Source: the human T2T-CHM13v2.0 reference genome, Homo sapiens. Taken from it: a stretch of 64,000 nucleotides of DNA. This document shows, one piece after another, positions 1 to 14,725 of this stretch (its first letter is position 1; every line of letters begins with the position of its first letter). A program made the translations under genes and the position numbers. Below the pieces are notes generated by a model that was given only the letters and a program-made list of their open reading frames with translations, did not search any database and was not told where the DNA came from. The stretch is from the NCBI RefSeq assembly GCF_009914755.1, contig NC_060928.1; one strand, 5' to 3'.

Positions 1-118
1 GGGAGGTTGAGGCTGCAGTGAGCCATGATTATGTTACTGCCTTCCAGCCTGGGCAACAGAGCCAGACCCTGTCTCAAAAATACATAAATAAAAATAAAAA
101 TAAAAATAAATAAAAAAG
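1..118 (+). mobile_element. Alu right-arm 3' end with A-rich tail (AluJ-like), cut by the window edge
   Basis: GAGGCTGCAGTGAGCCATGAT...AGACCCTGTCTCAAAAA followed by an AAAT/AAAAAT-rich tail. Confidence 0.9.
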
Positions 119-966
119 GACAGATAGACTGGAACAAACCATCAAAGATGCATTTTACGAAAAACACAAGTTTGGCCACTTAGCATCAGTGTCTATTCTT
201 GCCCACTTTTGTATACATGCTTTGCATATTCCCAAGCACACACATGGCTCAAATATGTATTCATGGAGCAAATGGATGAAGGAATTAATTGGGTGTATAA
301 CCAACTAGTTAACCAACTAGCTGATTTCATGATAGTTGAGAACTCATCTGTGTGGGTTACCATTGTGGGTTGAAATCACCTGCATTTTTCAAACAGGTAC
401 TCTCTCTCCATTTTGGTTGACTGTGTTGACAAAGAAAAAGACTCTGTAACACTCAGAAATCTAAATATAGCTTCACACAGATGCACACTTGTTATAATGA
501 TGCAGTATGGAAATTAACTATGGATTGAATTTTAATTATTTAAACTGCACACATCTCCTACCCCTTCCTCCCTCTATTGTATCACATGTAATTACATTAT
601 TATACATCAGTCATTTAACCAGGGTAAACAATAATTGCTGGAAAACTAAGATTTTTAATATGAAGAAAGGAATTGCTAAGTAAATGAAAGGGAAACATAC
701 AAATGTACTGTGTGATTCTTTTGTGTAGCTGTTTGTTTAGCAATTCAGGAAGTGACTTAAACTTTGCCTGCCAATATTAGATGCTAGATTTTTATCAAAG
801 GAAAGGTCCTATCATTTTTCATGTGTGTTTAGTTAGAGATTTGTTTAAATGGAAACATAAGCTAGCAAGCAACAGTTTCACTTTTGGGGAATGATTTCCC
901 TCATAAAAGCTTCATGTCTTATGCTCCAAGGTAAAGAGAAAAAAAAATCATATTGGATGTTTTTTT

Positions 967-971
<5 letters not shown>

Positions 972-997
<26 letters not shown>

Positions 998-1053
998 GAG
1001 ACGGAGTCTCGCTCTGTCGCCCAGGCCGGACTGCGGACTGCAGTGGCGCAATC
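972..1053 (-). mobile_element. Severely 5'-truncated AluYb8/Yb9 (56 bp body plus poly(A))
   Basis: Reverse complement reads GATTGCGCCACTGCAGTCCGCAGTCCGGCCTGGGCGACAGAGCGAGACTCCGTCTC-A(n), with the Yb-lineage 7-bp duplication. Perfect 18-bp TSD TGGATGTTTTTTTTCTTT at 954-971 and 1054-1071. Confidence 0.93.
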
Positions 1054-2048
1054 TGGATGTTTTTTTTCTTTCTGCTCTGGGAAGTGCATCAAATGTAACC
1101 AACACAGTGAATTCAGACCACCTGTGAGATTCCAAATTGCTTTTCCTGAATCGTTGTTGAATTAAATAACAACATTTGATTATGGTACTTAAAGCAAATC
1201 AAGGAATATTCAGATGAATCAGTGGATAAACACATTTAATAGTAGTATGGACTTTGCTCTTATTGCAGATGGATTATTATCCAATGAAACCATTCTTCTT
1301 TCATGCTGTAAAGCTTTCCAGATTTCAGGAAGCCAGGGCAGCTGTATTTTTTTAAACCTTCACATGTGATCCAAAAGTACCATTTCCTAGGAGAAACGAA
1401 GATCTGTTAATTTACAGTATTTGTAAGCAATGGCTAAACTCTTTTCTGTAAACATCAGAAATACACCTGGTGAAGGAAAGCTCTTCTGCCAGATAAAATG
1501 GAATGTTCTCAGTTAACCAAGGGAGCAGCTCGGATGAGAGAGGCCCATGGAACAAGTGCTGCTGAGCATCTGATTCCAGCCTGTGAAGGATGTGAGGGAG
1601 TTTGCCTTCCCTCAGGGCTAGAGAACTATTCATATAAGCAACTCAGCAATTTCTGTCTATATTGCTGACTTTGTCTTGATGTCTTGAAGAATATGCTCAC
1701 TTAAAACTCGTAGACTCAAGGAAAGGCAAGCTGGCTAGATTTAAATAAAACTGAATCATAGAAGAGGCTACATCTGTCAGAGAAAACTCTGTAATCATGG
1801 ACAGTGCAGATATTCCTATCTGGATAGGTATTGTCCGTGGGACTGAAGATAGCTGAAATGTGTGCAAGAGATGGCTCAGAGATTGAAGAGTGCTTCCAAT
1901 TTCTGTGAGTCTGAATAGTTCTAAAGATGTAGAGACTCATTTGGTTTGAGTTTATGTTCTGGCAGGTATTCTTTGTATAAAAATTCTGTTTTTACTACTC
2001 CTAAACAACTTTTTGGTGACTTTTCAGTCATATTACATATGACTGAAA

Positions 2049-2080
2049 TATATGTATGTGTATGTGTGTGAGTGTGTGTG

Positions 2081-2134
<54 letters not shown>
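2049..2134. repeat. Compound (TG)n(TA)n(CA)n microsatellite
   Basis: Read directly; pure CA run at about 2091-2128. Confidence 0.95.
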
Positions 2135-2765
2135 GAGTGCAGGGCATAGCATAAGTTTATTAATGTTTCATTGAGAAGGTAAGACTGAAATACAATTACA
2201 GAATATTGAGGAAAATCTATATTAATATATGAGTTTGACCTTAAGGGTAGGTCAGTGGACCTTGAACTATTTGGTTGGCGTCAGGCCGTGCCTGTGGTGT
2301 CTCTTCATTGGCCAACACAATGGCGTCTTTGTCTGGGAATCTCTACCTCTCATTAGGGTGGTCAACATATCACAGTGGTCTTTCCCTTCCCAAATAACTG
2401 TGAGAACAAAAGTGCCAATACAAGCATAAGCCCTTGCCAAGTACAACAACATGAGGTTCCATCAGCCCTAAAGAGGGGCAACCTAAGTTGGTCATCACAG
2501 CAATGGGATTTTCAGTCTTGCTCAACATTGGGGATTTGAATAGCTCTTAGGATAATCTCTTCTCTAGTGGTTAAGGATATAGTCCCCATAAAAGAAATCT
2601 GCTTATGGGCAATATTTTGCCGAAATCTGACCATCCACTGTCTGATGTGATGGCCAGGCTACCAGACTGAGGTTAAAGAGCTGAGTTATTTACTGACAAA
2701 GTCACCAACTTCTTCTAGCTCAGCATCTTGCTCAATAACCACTGTGTGCTTTTGTAGGCACATGA

Positions 2766-3077
<312 letters not shown>

Positions 3078-4716
3078 CCCATTCTTTATTAAACGTGTAG
3101 GAAGCCTATTTATATCTCAAACCTCTGATTGACAGCAGTTGATTGATTGTCCATGAAAGGTGGACTTTTACCATTCTATGTTCCCAAGCTTTACTTAGGC
3201 AGAAAGCCATTGCCATCTTCTGAGACGAACCCCTGTAATGTAACCATAAAGCAAGAAGGATCATAGGCACCTGTGGAATTGTCCTCAAATTTTTTGGCAA
3301 TGAAAATTGCAACTGAAGCACTGCTAATATTTTCAAGAAAAACAGTAAAATGGATTGTTACAATTAGTTCCTCCAATTAGGTATTCAAGAAAAGCATAGA
3401 AGTATGTGAAGGTTTCCTTATCTGTTTATCCAGTGACCTGTATCTTTCCACGATACTTTCAAATGGAATTTATTTAGCCTAAAAATAGAAATTAATTTTG
3501 CACTGATGGCCTGAGATTAGAGTTTCTTTGCATTCTGGAGATGAGGGTAGCTACTGACCTTTCTATCTTGCTTTATTATCTGTTGGTCTTGGCAGTACCT
3601 TTCTCTTCCAGGATGCATTCCCAGAATGGTTCAGTGAAACAAATGCTCTTTGGAGGACTTTGGCTCTTTGTGGCTGAGATAAATATATATCAACTTAAAG
3701 TGGGTTTTATTTTCCTCTGTGAATGAGTTCCTAGAGAATTGAAATTGTGGAAAGAACTAAAAGCTCAAATATAACAGAACGAAGTTTCCCTAAAGGATTA
3801 CGGTCTGAAGCCTCAGTACATTGGGTAATTTTGTTAAAATAGGTTCTTCTTGTCAAAGGGTTTGAGGGTTGCTGTCAGTCTATTTTCAAAACTGAAGATG
3901 AGGAGGATGATTGTCAACTGCAGGTTCAATTGGAACATCGTGGGGAGAAAAATCTCTATTCTGCTAGTCGTTGGTTTTTGAAGCACAGATGGGGCCTGTG
4001 AGATTTGGGTGGCATGATGAGGGGAGGGGAGTAAGGGGCAATGCAGCAGGGTATAGGGGATTTAGACTCACCTTCCTAGTCCTGTTGCAGTTTTGAAACC
4101 TCTGAGTCTATTAGTGTCCGACAAAAGTGTTTGTTAAAATAGATCAAAGACTAGATTTCTAACCATTAGGGAAGGGAAAGACATTCTCAGAGATTCACAA
4201 ATATACGTAGTTAATGGAACCATAACTTTTAGAAGTCAGTGTTCACAGGACAGATGGGAATAGCTGGAATGAAGTGAGCTTTGAATGCTGATTGCTTTAT
4301 TTTATACTAGCTAATGAGTGAATGTGCCACACATCCTCTAACCTTTCTGGAATGGTGAACAAATGGATAGATGTGCTGAGTAAGTGTTGGAAGACAACTA
4401 CATGAACCCTTAGGCAACTAGGAGGAATTTAAAGAAATAAACCATGTGTTTACAATTAAACTAGGAAAAGCCTGTATATAAATCCAATTGGTAACACATT
4501 ATATAAAGATAAATGATAAAAGTCCTTAATATTTTTCATGATCTTTCAAAGTTTCTTTAAAAGTGGCAAGTGGCCTCAGAAATTTGAATTATCATGAAAG
4601 GAAAAGGAAGAATGACTTAAGGATGTGTATGTGTGTGATTCTGAGTTAAAGATTCTGGTATAGATCAGTGTCGTGGAGACATTAGAGACAAATTTGAAGG
4701 TTAAATTTATTCAATG

Positions 4717-5047
4717 GGCCAGGTGTGGTGGCTCATGCCTGTCTGTAACTCCTGCACTTTGGGAGGCTGAGGCAGGCAGATCACTTGAGCCCAGGAGTTT
4801 GAGACCAACCCGGGCAACATGGTGAAACCCTGTCTCTACTAAAAATATAAAAAATTAGCTGGGCATGGTGGCATGTGCCTGTAGTCCTAGTTACTCAGGA
4901 GGCTGACGTGGGAAAATCGCCTGAGCCCAGGAGCTTGAGGCTGCAGTGAGCTGAGATGGCCACTAACTGTACCACTCCAGCCTGAGTGATAGAGCGAGAC
5001 CCTGTCTCAACAACAAACAAACAGCGCTCCCAAAACCCAACAACAAA
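4717..5047 (+). mobile_element. Alu (AluJ-like)
   Basis: GGCCAGGTGTGGTGGCTCA...CTTGAGCCCAGGAG; CAA-patterned tail; flanking repeat TAAATTTATTCA. Confidence 0.92.
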
Positions 5048-5550
5048 TAAATTTATTCATTGCATTTCAAGAGGAGCGAGTGTTTTGAGAAAAGACAAGG
5101 ACTTTTGGTAAGTTGGGTTAAATACTGATATCTGCTTCTTTAACAGGATCACTGTTCTTGTCTATATCTGGAAAGAAGACAAACCTTGGGCAGCAAAATG
5201 CTGTTTTTATTATTAATGCAGTGATGTCAATCCAAACTAGATGACTGTGATTCATGGAATCTTCAAGGAAAACCAAATATTCTTTTTTAATAAAGTAATG
5301 GAGCTGGGAATTGCACATCTGCTCTTAAAAATCTGTTTTTCGTAATACAGAACATATGTTAATCGTCACATCTTTTATTAAACTGAAGGAAAATTCTTGT
5401 TGAGTAGATTAATTCTGGATCCTGAAAATGCGGGACCATGGAGACGAGAATATCGAGACAAATGTCTGTCTGTCTTACCAACTTACCTCTAGAACAGTGA
5501 TTTTCACACTGCTGGATGTGACCTTCACGAGGGTAATGAAATCAAGCTAG

Positions 5551-5886
<336 letters not shown>

Positions 5887-6334
5887 TGAAATGGAGTAGA
5901 AAATGCAGAGTAGAATGTAGGAGCTTTTGGGAGCTTTTGCATTATTGCTCTCTCTTGTGTGTCTACACAGAGGTGTCTGCAGTCATGATGTAGGAGGTAA
6001 CTTTCCTGTATTTCTCCTAGAGCTTCAGCTTTAGGTTCGCTTTAGGTTGGTGGGACCAGCAAAATCCCACCCCAAATTGGAGAGGTCTGGCTGACTGGTT
6101 GAGGCTAGGGTGATGTCTGATTGAGAAGGCTCGAAGACTCAACCACAGCTTTTGAGTCTCTGATTCTGCAGTTACATTATACCTGCAGGTTCAGGGCCTG
6201 AGCTTGTCTGTTTCCTCACAGATATTTATCACAGTGCTCTCTCCTTGGCCTGCACTGACCCAAGAATCAGAAGCAGTATGTCAGTGCGTAAGGAAGCACA
6301 ATTCATTAATTTTTTTTTTTTAAAGATTTTTTTG

Positions 6335-6510
6335 GTAACAGTTTTATTGAGAAATAATTCATATAACACACATTTTATCAATTTAAAATATGCAAATCAT
6401 GCTTTTCAGTATATTCACAGAGCTGTGCAAGCATCACCCATATCAATTTTGGATTATTTTTATGACTTTGAAAGGAGACCTTGTACCCTTTAGTTATCAT
6501 TTCCCAACCT
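6335..6510 (-). mobile_element. Old L1M 3'-end fragment
   Basis: TTTATTGAGAAATAATTCA...AGTATATTCACAGAGCTGTGCAAGCATCACC resembles an antisense L1MB/MC 3' UTR. Confidence 0.7.
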
Positions 6511-7519
6511 TTCCTTTCTTGGGCTGAGGCTGTAGCGTCAGCGGACACCTCGAGAGAAAAGATGAACTTTGGCATCTGTAGGCTGATACGGTGGTCTCCA
6601 AACTTTCTTTATTTATTAAATATTCAGTAAAAAAGCTTTTGAGCATGTACCCCCAATTTACGTAGATGGAAATACATTTGTTGACTTCTATTTCAGGCTT
6701 TAAAAAAAGAAAATAAAACATTTGTAAATGATGTATGCCACTGTACTGATACAGTATTACATTATCAAACACACACAGAGTTCAGCACTTAGTAAAAAAA
6801 AAAAGCTGGTATTTTCTCCACACGCCCCTGTGACTCAGCCTCTGTGGGCCTCCCTCCCGTTTTGATGGCCTTCAGTTAGCGTATACAGGCCCAGTTTGGT
6901 CTGGGCTCAGCTGACCCCTGGACCTCTCTCTCTCATCCCCTGGCACCCTTCCAACCCACTCCTTGCTCTCTGGCCTTGCAGAACTCCAGGCAGTGCTCCC
7001 AGATGCTGGCTTTTCTCTCCCGATGACACCCCACTATCTTGACTTTCCCTCCACGTGGAATGTTCTCCCTGTCCCCGTCTTTCTGGCGAACTTGGTCTAA
7101 TTCACACAGCATATGCCCAGGTTTACCTCTTCTGCTAGTTTTCCTTACTCTCTGAAGCCCAGCTAGATGGGCCTACCTCCTTTTCCCCTTAACAGCTATA
7201 CCTGTTTATTGTAACAATATATTTATTTGTTTGTTTCCCATTTTAGGCCCCAGGGATTGGACTTGTACCTTGCTTACATTTTCTCCCCACCTTCTCTCTC
7301 TCTTACTTTCTTATTACAGCAGTGTTGATAAGTATATTCTCCCTTATACATGAATCTTTGCACTTTCCCGCATGTCTTCCTAGGGATAGATTCCTAGAAT
7401 GTCGATGCCACTTTTTGGTCATAGTTAAAAAAATCCAGAAAAATGGATTGAGACCAGATTGTGAAGTAACTTGAACCTCAGATCTCCAAACATTAAAGCT
7501 TATTGATTGGGCACTAATC

Positions 7520-7925
7520 ATATGAGTTTGCTAGAGCTGCTGTAACAAACTACCACCAAGTGGGTGGCTGGAACAACAGGATTTATCATCTCAGCAGTTC
7601 TGGAGGCTGGAAGTCCAAAAGCAGAGTGTTGGCAGGGTTGATGTCTTCTGAGGGCTGTGGGGAAGGATCTGTGCCAGGCTTCTTGGCCTTCTTCAGGTTC
7701 ACCTGACATTCTCCCCATATGCCTGCCTGTGTACCCAGATTCCCCCTTTATGATGGCACCAGTCACATTGGATTAGAGGCCCACCTTATTCCAGTGTGAC
7801 CTCATTGTAGCTTAACAAATTACATCTGTAATGACCCCATTTCCAGATAAGGTCACATTCTGAAGGTACTGGGGGTTACGACTTCATATGAGTTTGCAGA
7901 GTGGCGCACAATTCAGTCCATAACA
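7520..7925 (-). mobile_element. MaLR solo LTR (MLT1B/C-like)
   Basis: GCTGCTGTAACAAACTACCAC...CAGTTCTGGAGGCTGGAAGTCC...TAAGGTCACATTCTGA...CACAATTCAGTCCATAACA. Confidence 0.85.
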
Positions 7926-8293
7926 TTTGATTGACACACAATTAAAGTTATATATTATTAGGGAGATTTGATACACTTATAATGTCAAATCTTCCTAGTT
8001 AGGAACAAGATATATTTCTCTTTTTATTTAAGATTTATTTATATTTATTTCATCAAGTCAATTTTATAGATTTATTGGGTTTGGGGCCTTAGAAAGTTAG
8101 AATATTTGTAAAATGGGATCAGACCTGGAAGAATATGGGTAAATCACATTAGGGAAGGTAAGAGAATGGAGTGGGGTCACTGGCATATAGTTGGCACTTC
8201 ATGAGCGTCTGTGGAGTAAATTTGCTGCATGAGTAGAGGGAATCAAAGTTAAAGAACATTTAATTTAGCAACGTAAAAGTTGTAGGGGATGAT

Positions 8294-8661
<368 letters not shown>

Positions 8662-8870
8662 TTATCAGGACAGATTGAGTTCTCAATTTGATAATTCCCT
8701 TTGTGTATATGGGTCATCATAGAGGAAGTGTAGAAGCTGAAATACTATTATGAGAAAAGACTGCATAAAATAAACTCATTACCACCAAGGTCTCCTTTTC
8801 CTTCTTTAGTCTTTAGAAATACAGATGATTGAAAATTTACATTACATGGAAAAAATAAGAAACACCCTAA

Positions 8871-9199
<329 letters not shown>

Positions 9200-11025
9200 C
9201 GAAAGGGTAATTATTTTAAAACACTTTTATTTTTATGGTCGAAAGAAGGCTCACAGATCCCCCGTCCTGCTATATTCTGTTGCATTTCCAACTCTTGAGA
9301 GTCTTTCCCACCCCCGGGACCTCTCCTCTCTCCCTTCTCCCCCATGGAGTGCTGGTTCAGGAATATTTGAGGATTGGCCTATTGTGCAAACACTCAACAT
9401 TGCGTCTTTCATCTCAAATCCTACAGCTGAAAGCAGAAACATTTTAAATTTGAAAGAATGGGAAACCTTTGCAATTCACAGATTTGCAGTTCCTGGTTTC
9501 AAACACTTGCCTTGATGTTTGTTACTTTAGTTCTCAGTTAAAACCTCTACCTTCGGGGTAGCACTGTATGTTCAATTATTGCATTCTTTCCTTTCCTTTC
9601 GTCTTTTTTATTCTGCACAAAATTTCATCCCTTTAGCTAAGCTCCCACCTGCCCCATCTTCTTACCTTTTTTCCAGATGTCTCCATGCTGGGAAGCCTCT
9701 GCCAGTTGGACTTGTTTCTCAGGGGAGGCTTCATTCACCACTTTGCCTCCTCATAAGCCCTAGGCACGCTTTCTGGATAAACTCTTTCTTCTTTTCTTCT
9801 CAGGATCAAACAACTTAGTCCCCGCTTGGCTCTTCCCCTAGGCTCCAGCTCTAGTCTGTAGAGCCTCTCCCCACTGCCCTCCAGTATCATATTGAAAGAA
9901 CTGACAAAAAGGCAAAAGCATGTTTTTGCTACTATGGCAACCATGCCCAGCCACATCTTCTCTCCTTTTTGAAGTTCCTTCCTTATTTTATTTATGTAAA
10001 TTTATCAAATAAAGCTGAGCTTCATGTTTTTAACTGTTTCCAGCCCTCATTTGAAGACTTGGCCTTATTTCCTTTCATAAGCCTTCATTATAGCTGTTTG
10101 GTACATGGATTTCTTCATCACGGATACCTAGAATATTTTCCCTGCCAATGGCCCCTAGAGCACTTCATTGTCTCTGGATGTACAAGTCCCTGTGTGAGAG
10201 GTGGTCAGTCGCTTTTCAAAGTGATTATGCCAACTTATCCTTCTACCAGTGCTATATTTCAGTTTCAGTTCCCTGCATCCTCATCAACACTGGGCTTTGT
10301 TGTATTTTTTGATAATTGCCTTTATGATATTCTCCTAGCTCCCTGAACTTTGTCTTCTCATCATACTTGTTTAATGCCCTTGCCAGTCTGTAGACTCTAA
10401 GAGGCAGGGATAGTGCCTGTTTGTTCACCATTCCACTCTCAGGAGTTCCTGAAATCCAACACCTCCTTCCTTCTTCTGCACCGCAAGGCCAGTTTCACAT
10501 GCCAAATCTTCTGCAAAGCCTTCCTCAATCCCTCAAAATCAGATGGCTCTTCCTTTTTTGGGGTCCTCTGTTGTTAATAGCAGTTTTTGTGCCTTTTTAA
10601 TTTTCACCATGTCTTATATCTAAATGTGTACTTTTCTGTTGCCCTCAATAGATTAGCTGGTTCTTGAGGGTGGAGAAGATCTTCCTCATCTTTGCAGCAC
10701 CCACGGTACCGGTGCCATGTATGTTTTAGGTGCTTGATAAATATTTGAGTGAATACTTCAGTGCCTGCTGTGTTCTGGGAAATCATTCACACCCTTCTTA
10801 CTTGATGATACTCAGTGCTGTTGCTGACACAAAGGATATGTACCTAACGTAGGTTGTTTATCGGTGGCCAGGTGGTGCTCTAGAAGGACTGCAGCAAACA
10901 AGAGGACTTTTCACCCCACACCTGCCCCAGTGCTGGGATTGTCCAACCTCTTCATCTTTGTCAGTGGGTTAGGGAAAAAATGGTAATTATGAGATACCGT
11001 ATATATAGATACACACACACATATA

Positions 11026-11457
11026 CAGTTGGCCCTTGAACAATGCAGGGATTATGGGCACTGAACCCCACCTAGTCAAAAATCTGTGTATAACTGTTGA
11101 CTCTGCTCAAACTTAACTGCTAATAGCCCACTATTGACCAGAAGCCTTACTGATAACATAGTCAGTTAACATATATTTTGTATGTTATGTGTATTATATA
11201 CTGTATTCTTACAATAAAGTAAGCTAAAGAAAAGAAAATGTTCTTTAGAAAATCATAAGGAAGAGGAAATATATTTACTATCCATTAAGTGGAAGTGGAT
11301 CATCATAAAGTCTTTATCCTCATTGCCTTCACTTTCAGCAGGCTGAGGAGGAAGAGGAGGAGTTGGTCTTGTTGTTTCAGGGATGGCAGAGGCGGAAGAA
11401 AATTGACATGTAGCTGGACTCGTGAAGTTCAAACCTGTGTTATTCAAGGGTCAACTG
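11026..11457. mobile_element. Tigger2a (MER28)-like non-autonomous DNA transposon
   Basis: TIRs CAGTTGGCCCTTGAACAA / TTATTCAAGGGTCAACTG, preceded by TA, ~430 bp, typical internal sequence. Confidence 0.85.
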
Positions 11458-12224
11458 CATGTATGTATTGATTTTGTGAGATTTCTGTTTATATCCTTTG
11501 CTCTTTTCTCTTTTGGGATATTTGTCTTGCTTGTATAACCTCTTCCTACATTAAAGGTATTAATACTCTCTCATGTCACTCACTTATTTGTTATCTAAAG
11601 CTTGTTTCTTAGGATGAATCTCCAGCCTGAGTGCCTCCATTTATCTCATTTCTCTGAAGGGAACAGTCTTTCTTTTTCCACGCTTCTGTTCGTTTTCCAT
11701 CTGCCTCCCCTCTTCTACCCTTCTCTCCTTGCCCCGCCTCCTCCAACACTCTTACTCTGGTCAACACCAAGTCATCCTTCCTATCTAAGTTTAAATATCA
11801 CTGCTTTGGAGAAGCCTATCTGGTCCTCCCCTCCTACTTCATGTCAATCAATCTCCCTGTGCCCTGTTATTCTCTTTCAATGCCCCCCACCCTCACCACA
11901 TTCTCTCCCGTAAGTGCCTTCATGCTCCCTTCATGACCCTCACCATCATTAGCAGTTACATGCACATGTAATGTTTTTATCCACTGCTACAATGTAAATC
12001 TCTTCCAGGACTGGGATAAAATCTGGTAAATAAGGGAATGCGTAAATTAAACAGCCAAGTGATTCTCTTTGATCACTGTTTTATTAAACTAAAATGATTT
12101 CTGTTTCATTAGTTGGTAAAGAAATTGTTTAAAGACTTCCACTTGCACTCTGAAAAAAATTTTATGTTTGCTAATGGAAATTAATAAAAATGGAGTGTTT
12201 TTCAAATGGGTGGATGATGAGGGG

Positions 12225-12258
<34 letters not shown>

Positions 12259-12260
12259 GA
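12225..12260. repeat. (GA)n microsatellite
   Basis: Read directly. Confidence 0.95.
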
Positions 12261-12710
12261 ATGTGCATCTGGGAGCTAAACTACTGCATATTTGAGAGTA
12301 GGTGTGGCCAGCTGTTCGTTCTGTGCTGGAGGATGCCGCACCCCTCCTGGTGTGTTTCCCCAAGCTCTGGGAGAAATCTGTAGCATTCAAACAGTCCCCT
12401 GAGTATGTGTCAAAGTAGTGTATCTAGTGGCAGTGCACATTTCACAGCTATTGCTAAAAGATAAAGCAGAGACGCAAGCTATGCAGGGCACGTCAACATT
12501 CACAGCAAGCTATTTTCTAGAAAGCACTTGTGAATCTGATCTGATTATTAGGCTGTTTTCAATGCATGGTAGGTATGGTTTAAGGGCAATCCAATGCTCA
12601 GTGGTGAGAAGATGAGAGATCGAAATCCTGACCTTCTCTGATTCTGCATTAAATGCTTTGATGGCACAGAAAATGTATACCTGAGAGTTTTATAGCTGTG
12701 CTTGTATGCG

Positions 12711-12714
<4 letters not shown>

Positions 12715-12754
<40 letters not shown>
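12715..12754. repeat. (TG)20 microsatellite
   Basis: Read directly. Confidence 0.95.
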
Positions 12755-12758
<4 letters not shown>

Positions 12759-14354
12759 TGTGGTCAAATTTCATGAAGACATGCTTCTTTGACTGATTAG
12801 TTGGGGTTATTGACATGAATACCATAGATACAGTCATAAAATGTACTGTATTTCTCTATGGGTTTGAGTATTATAAATATTTATGTGTAGTTGATTCTCT
12901 AGAATGCAACTTTTCCAGATTAAAAGGAAAACAATAGCAGATCATTCTGAAATGAAGAAAGGGAGGCTGCTATCAATTATAGTGTTTAAAAGTATGGCTT
13001 TAGATAAAAGGATGATTTGTTATTTAATGTATCAAACAATATTGTGAGCAAATTCTGGTTGACCACATCTGGGTGTGTTCCCCTTAACTCTAAAAGGAGA
13101 GGGGTGAGCCAGGAGTGATTAGTTTGGAAACAGTCCAGGGGCAGAGAGGGTGGGGCTGGATTGTATGGAGTGGGGAGAAACACTGCTCAGCTGGGTTTTT
13201 ACAAGTCAGAATGGGTATTTGAAGAGGACGCTGCTTTCATCCTGCTGGGTGCAAGGTCAGCTGCAGATGCTCTTTCATTGTTTCTTTCTAATCAGCTTCT
13301 AAGAATGTGGCTTAAACGCTCAGCTATTTCCAGGTGGTTGGCATCATTTATTGAGTTGTCTGCTAGAGTTATTTCATACGCTGCCTAAAATGACTCAAAA
13401 AACAAAAAAACAAAAAACAAAAAAACCCAAATAAAACAGCTGTATGGCAAACATGCTGATGAGGACCTCTGCATTTAGTTGCTTCGACTCAGCGCACAAG
13501 TTAATTTAATGTTTTGAGTTTGGTGACTTATTCAAATCCTAAATTGTTACTGCTGTAGTTAGTCTGTAATGTCAAGAGTCTTGTTAATCATGGTAGTTAC
13601 ATTAACCTGTTGTTAAAGAAAGACTCTTCGACCTCAGACAAGATATCCAATGGTGGTACCTTCTGACTTGATACTAACACATAAGAAATCTCTTGTTCCT
13701 TTAAAATGACTAGTAAAATTACTTACCTGGTTAGTGAATTTGCATTTCAACATTCTTTTATTTCCAATTTTATTTAACTCCTGGATGTGAGACACACTTT
13801 TTTTTGTTTGTTTGTTTTGTTTGTTTGTTTTTGCCTGCATGAGTTCTTGTAATACCAGTGAAACAGCTGGATCAGTATCTTTGATGGCAATAGTGAGTTT
13901 GTCAGTGAGACGATTTGGCCTACTGAGGTTGTAAAACTTACGACTCCATAGCTGCATGAGCTTTAATGGCCATTTTCCAGAAACATGGCTAGGTTTATAT
14001 TTCTCACACAGCTTAAATTTTAGGTTTATGTCAATTTTTGTTTTTGGCCTCACCCTGGATAGTTTTATTTGCATCTTTGATGCAAATTTTCTCATTTTTC
14101 TTATTATGTTTGATTGTTTTGGGTGTGTGCGTGTGCATGTGTGTGATGTTTTCATGCCCAAAAGAGCAATTGCAAATTCCCTGGGTACACCAAGTAATAT
14201 GCCTTGTCTTAAGCAACTAATCAGACAAAATTGCTTTTTTATCAGACTCATCTAGATTGAAAACAATACTGTATGCCCTTGACCATCTTCTTTGACCAGT
14301 GTTGCAGTTTTGACAGAGACGCTAAGGCAGAGGGAGGGAGGAGATGCTGCCTTT

Positions 14355-14725
14355 ATCAATGGGCTGCTGCTTTATAACAAACCATCTGCTCTAGTTATTA
14401 GGTTGGTGCAAAATAATTGTGCTTTTTAGCATTACTTTCAATGGCAAAACAGTGGCTGAAAACAATGACAGCATTTGTTTCACTCACAGACCAGCAATTT
14501 GGTCAGAGTTCTGCAGGGCTAGCTTGTCTGTTCCACTCACTGTCAGCTGGGTCAGCTCAGAGGTTTGGGGCTGGAATCATCTGAAGCTTGTTTGCTCACA
14601 TGTCTGGTGGTCGATGCTACAGGTCAGCTGAGACTTTAGCGAGACTGTCAACCACCATACCGACATGTGGCCTCTCCATGTGGCCCGGGCTCCCTCACAG
14701 TATGGGGGCTGAGTTTCAAGGTGTG
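14355..14725 (-). mobile_element. Old MaLR LTR (MLT1-type), interrupted by a MADE1 fragment
   Basis: TAACAAACCA...AGTGGCTGAAAACAA...GGCTGGAATCATCTGAAG...ACATGTGGCCTCTCCATGTGGCCCGGGCTCCCTCACAG. Confidence 0.65.
14398..14450. mobile_element. MADE1 (Hsmar1 MITE), one TIR only
   Basis: TA-TTAGGTTGGTGCAAAATAATTGTGCTTTTTAGCATTACTTTCAATGGCAAAAC matches roughly the first two-thirds of the 80-bp MADE1. Confidence 0.8.

Noticed and set aside
13634-14251. 205-aa ORF on the - strand
   Set aside because: Non-ATG start, K/N-rich from A-rich and simple-repeat sequence, no recognisable domain or clear splice structure; consistent with chance
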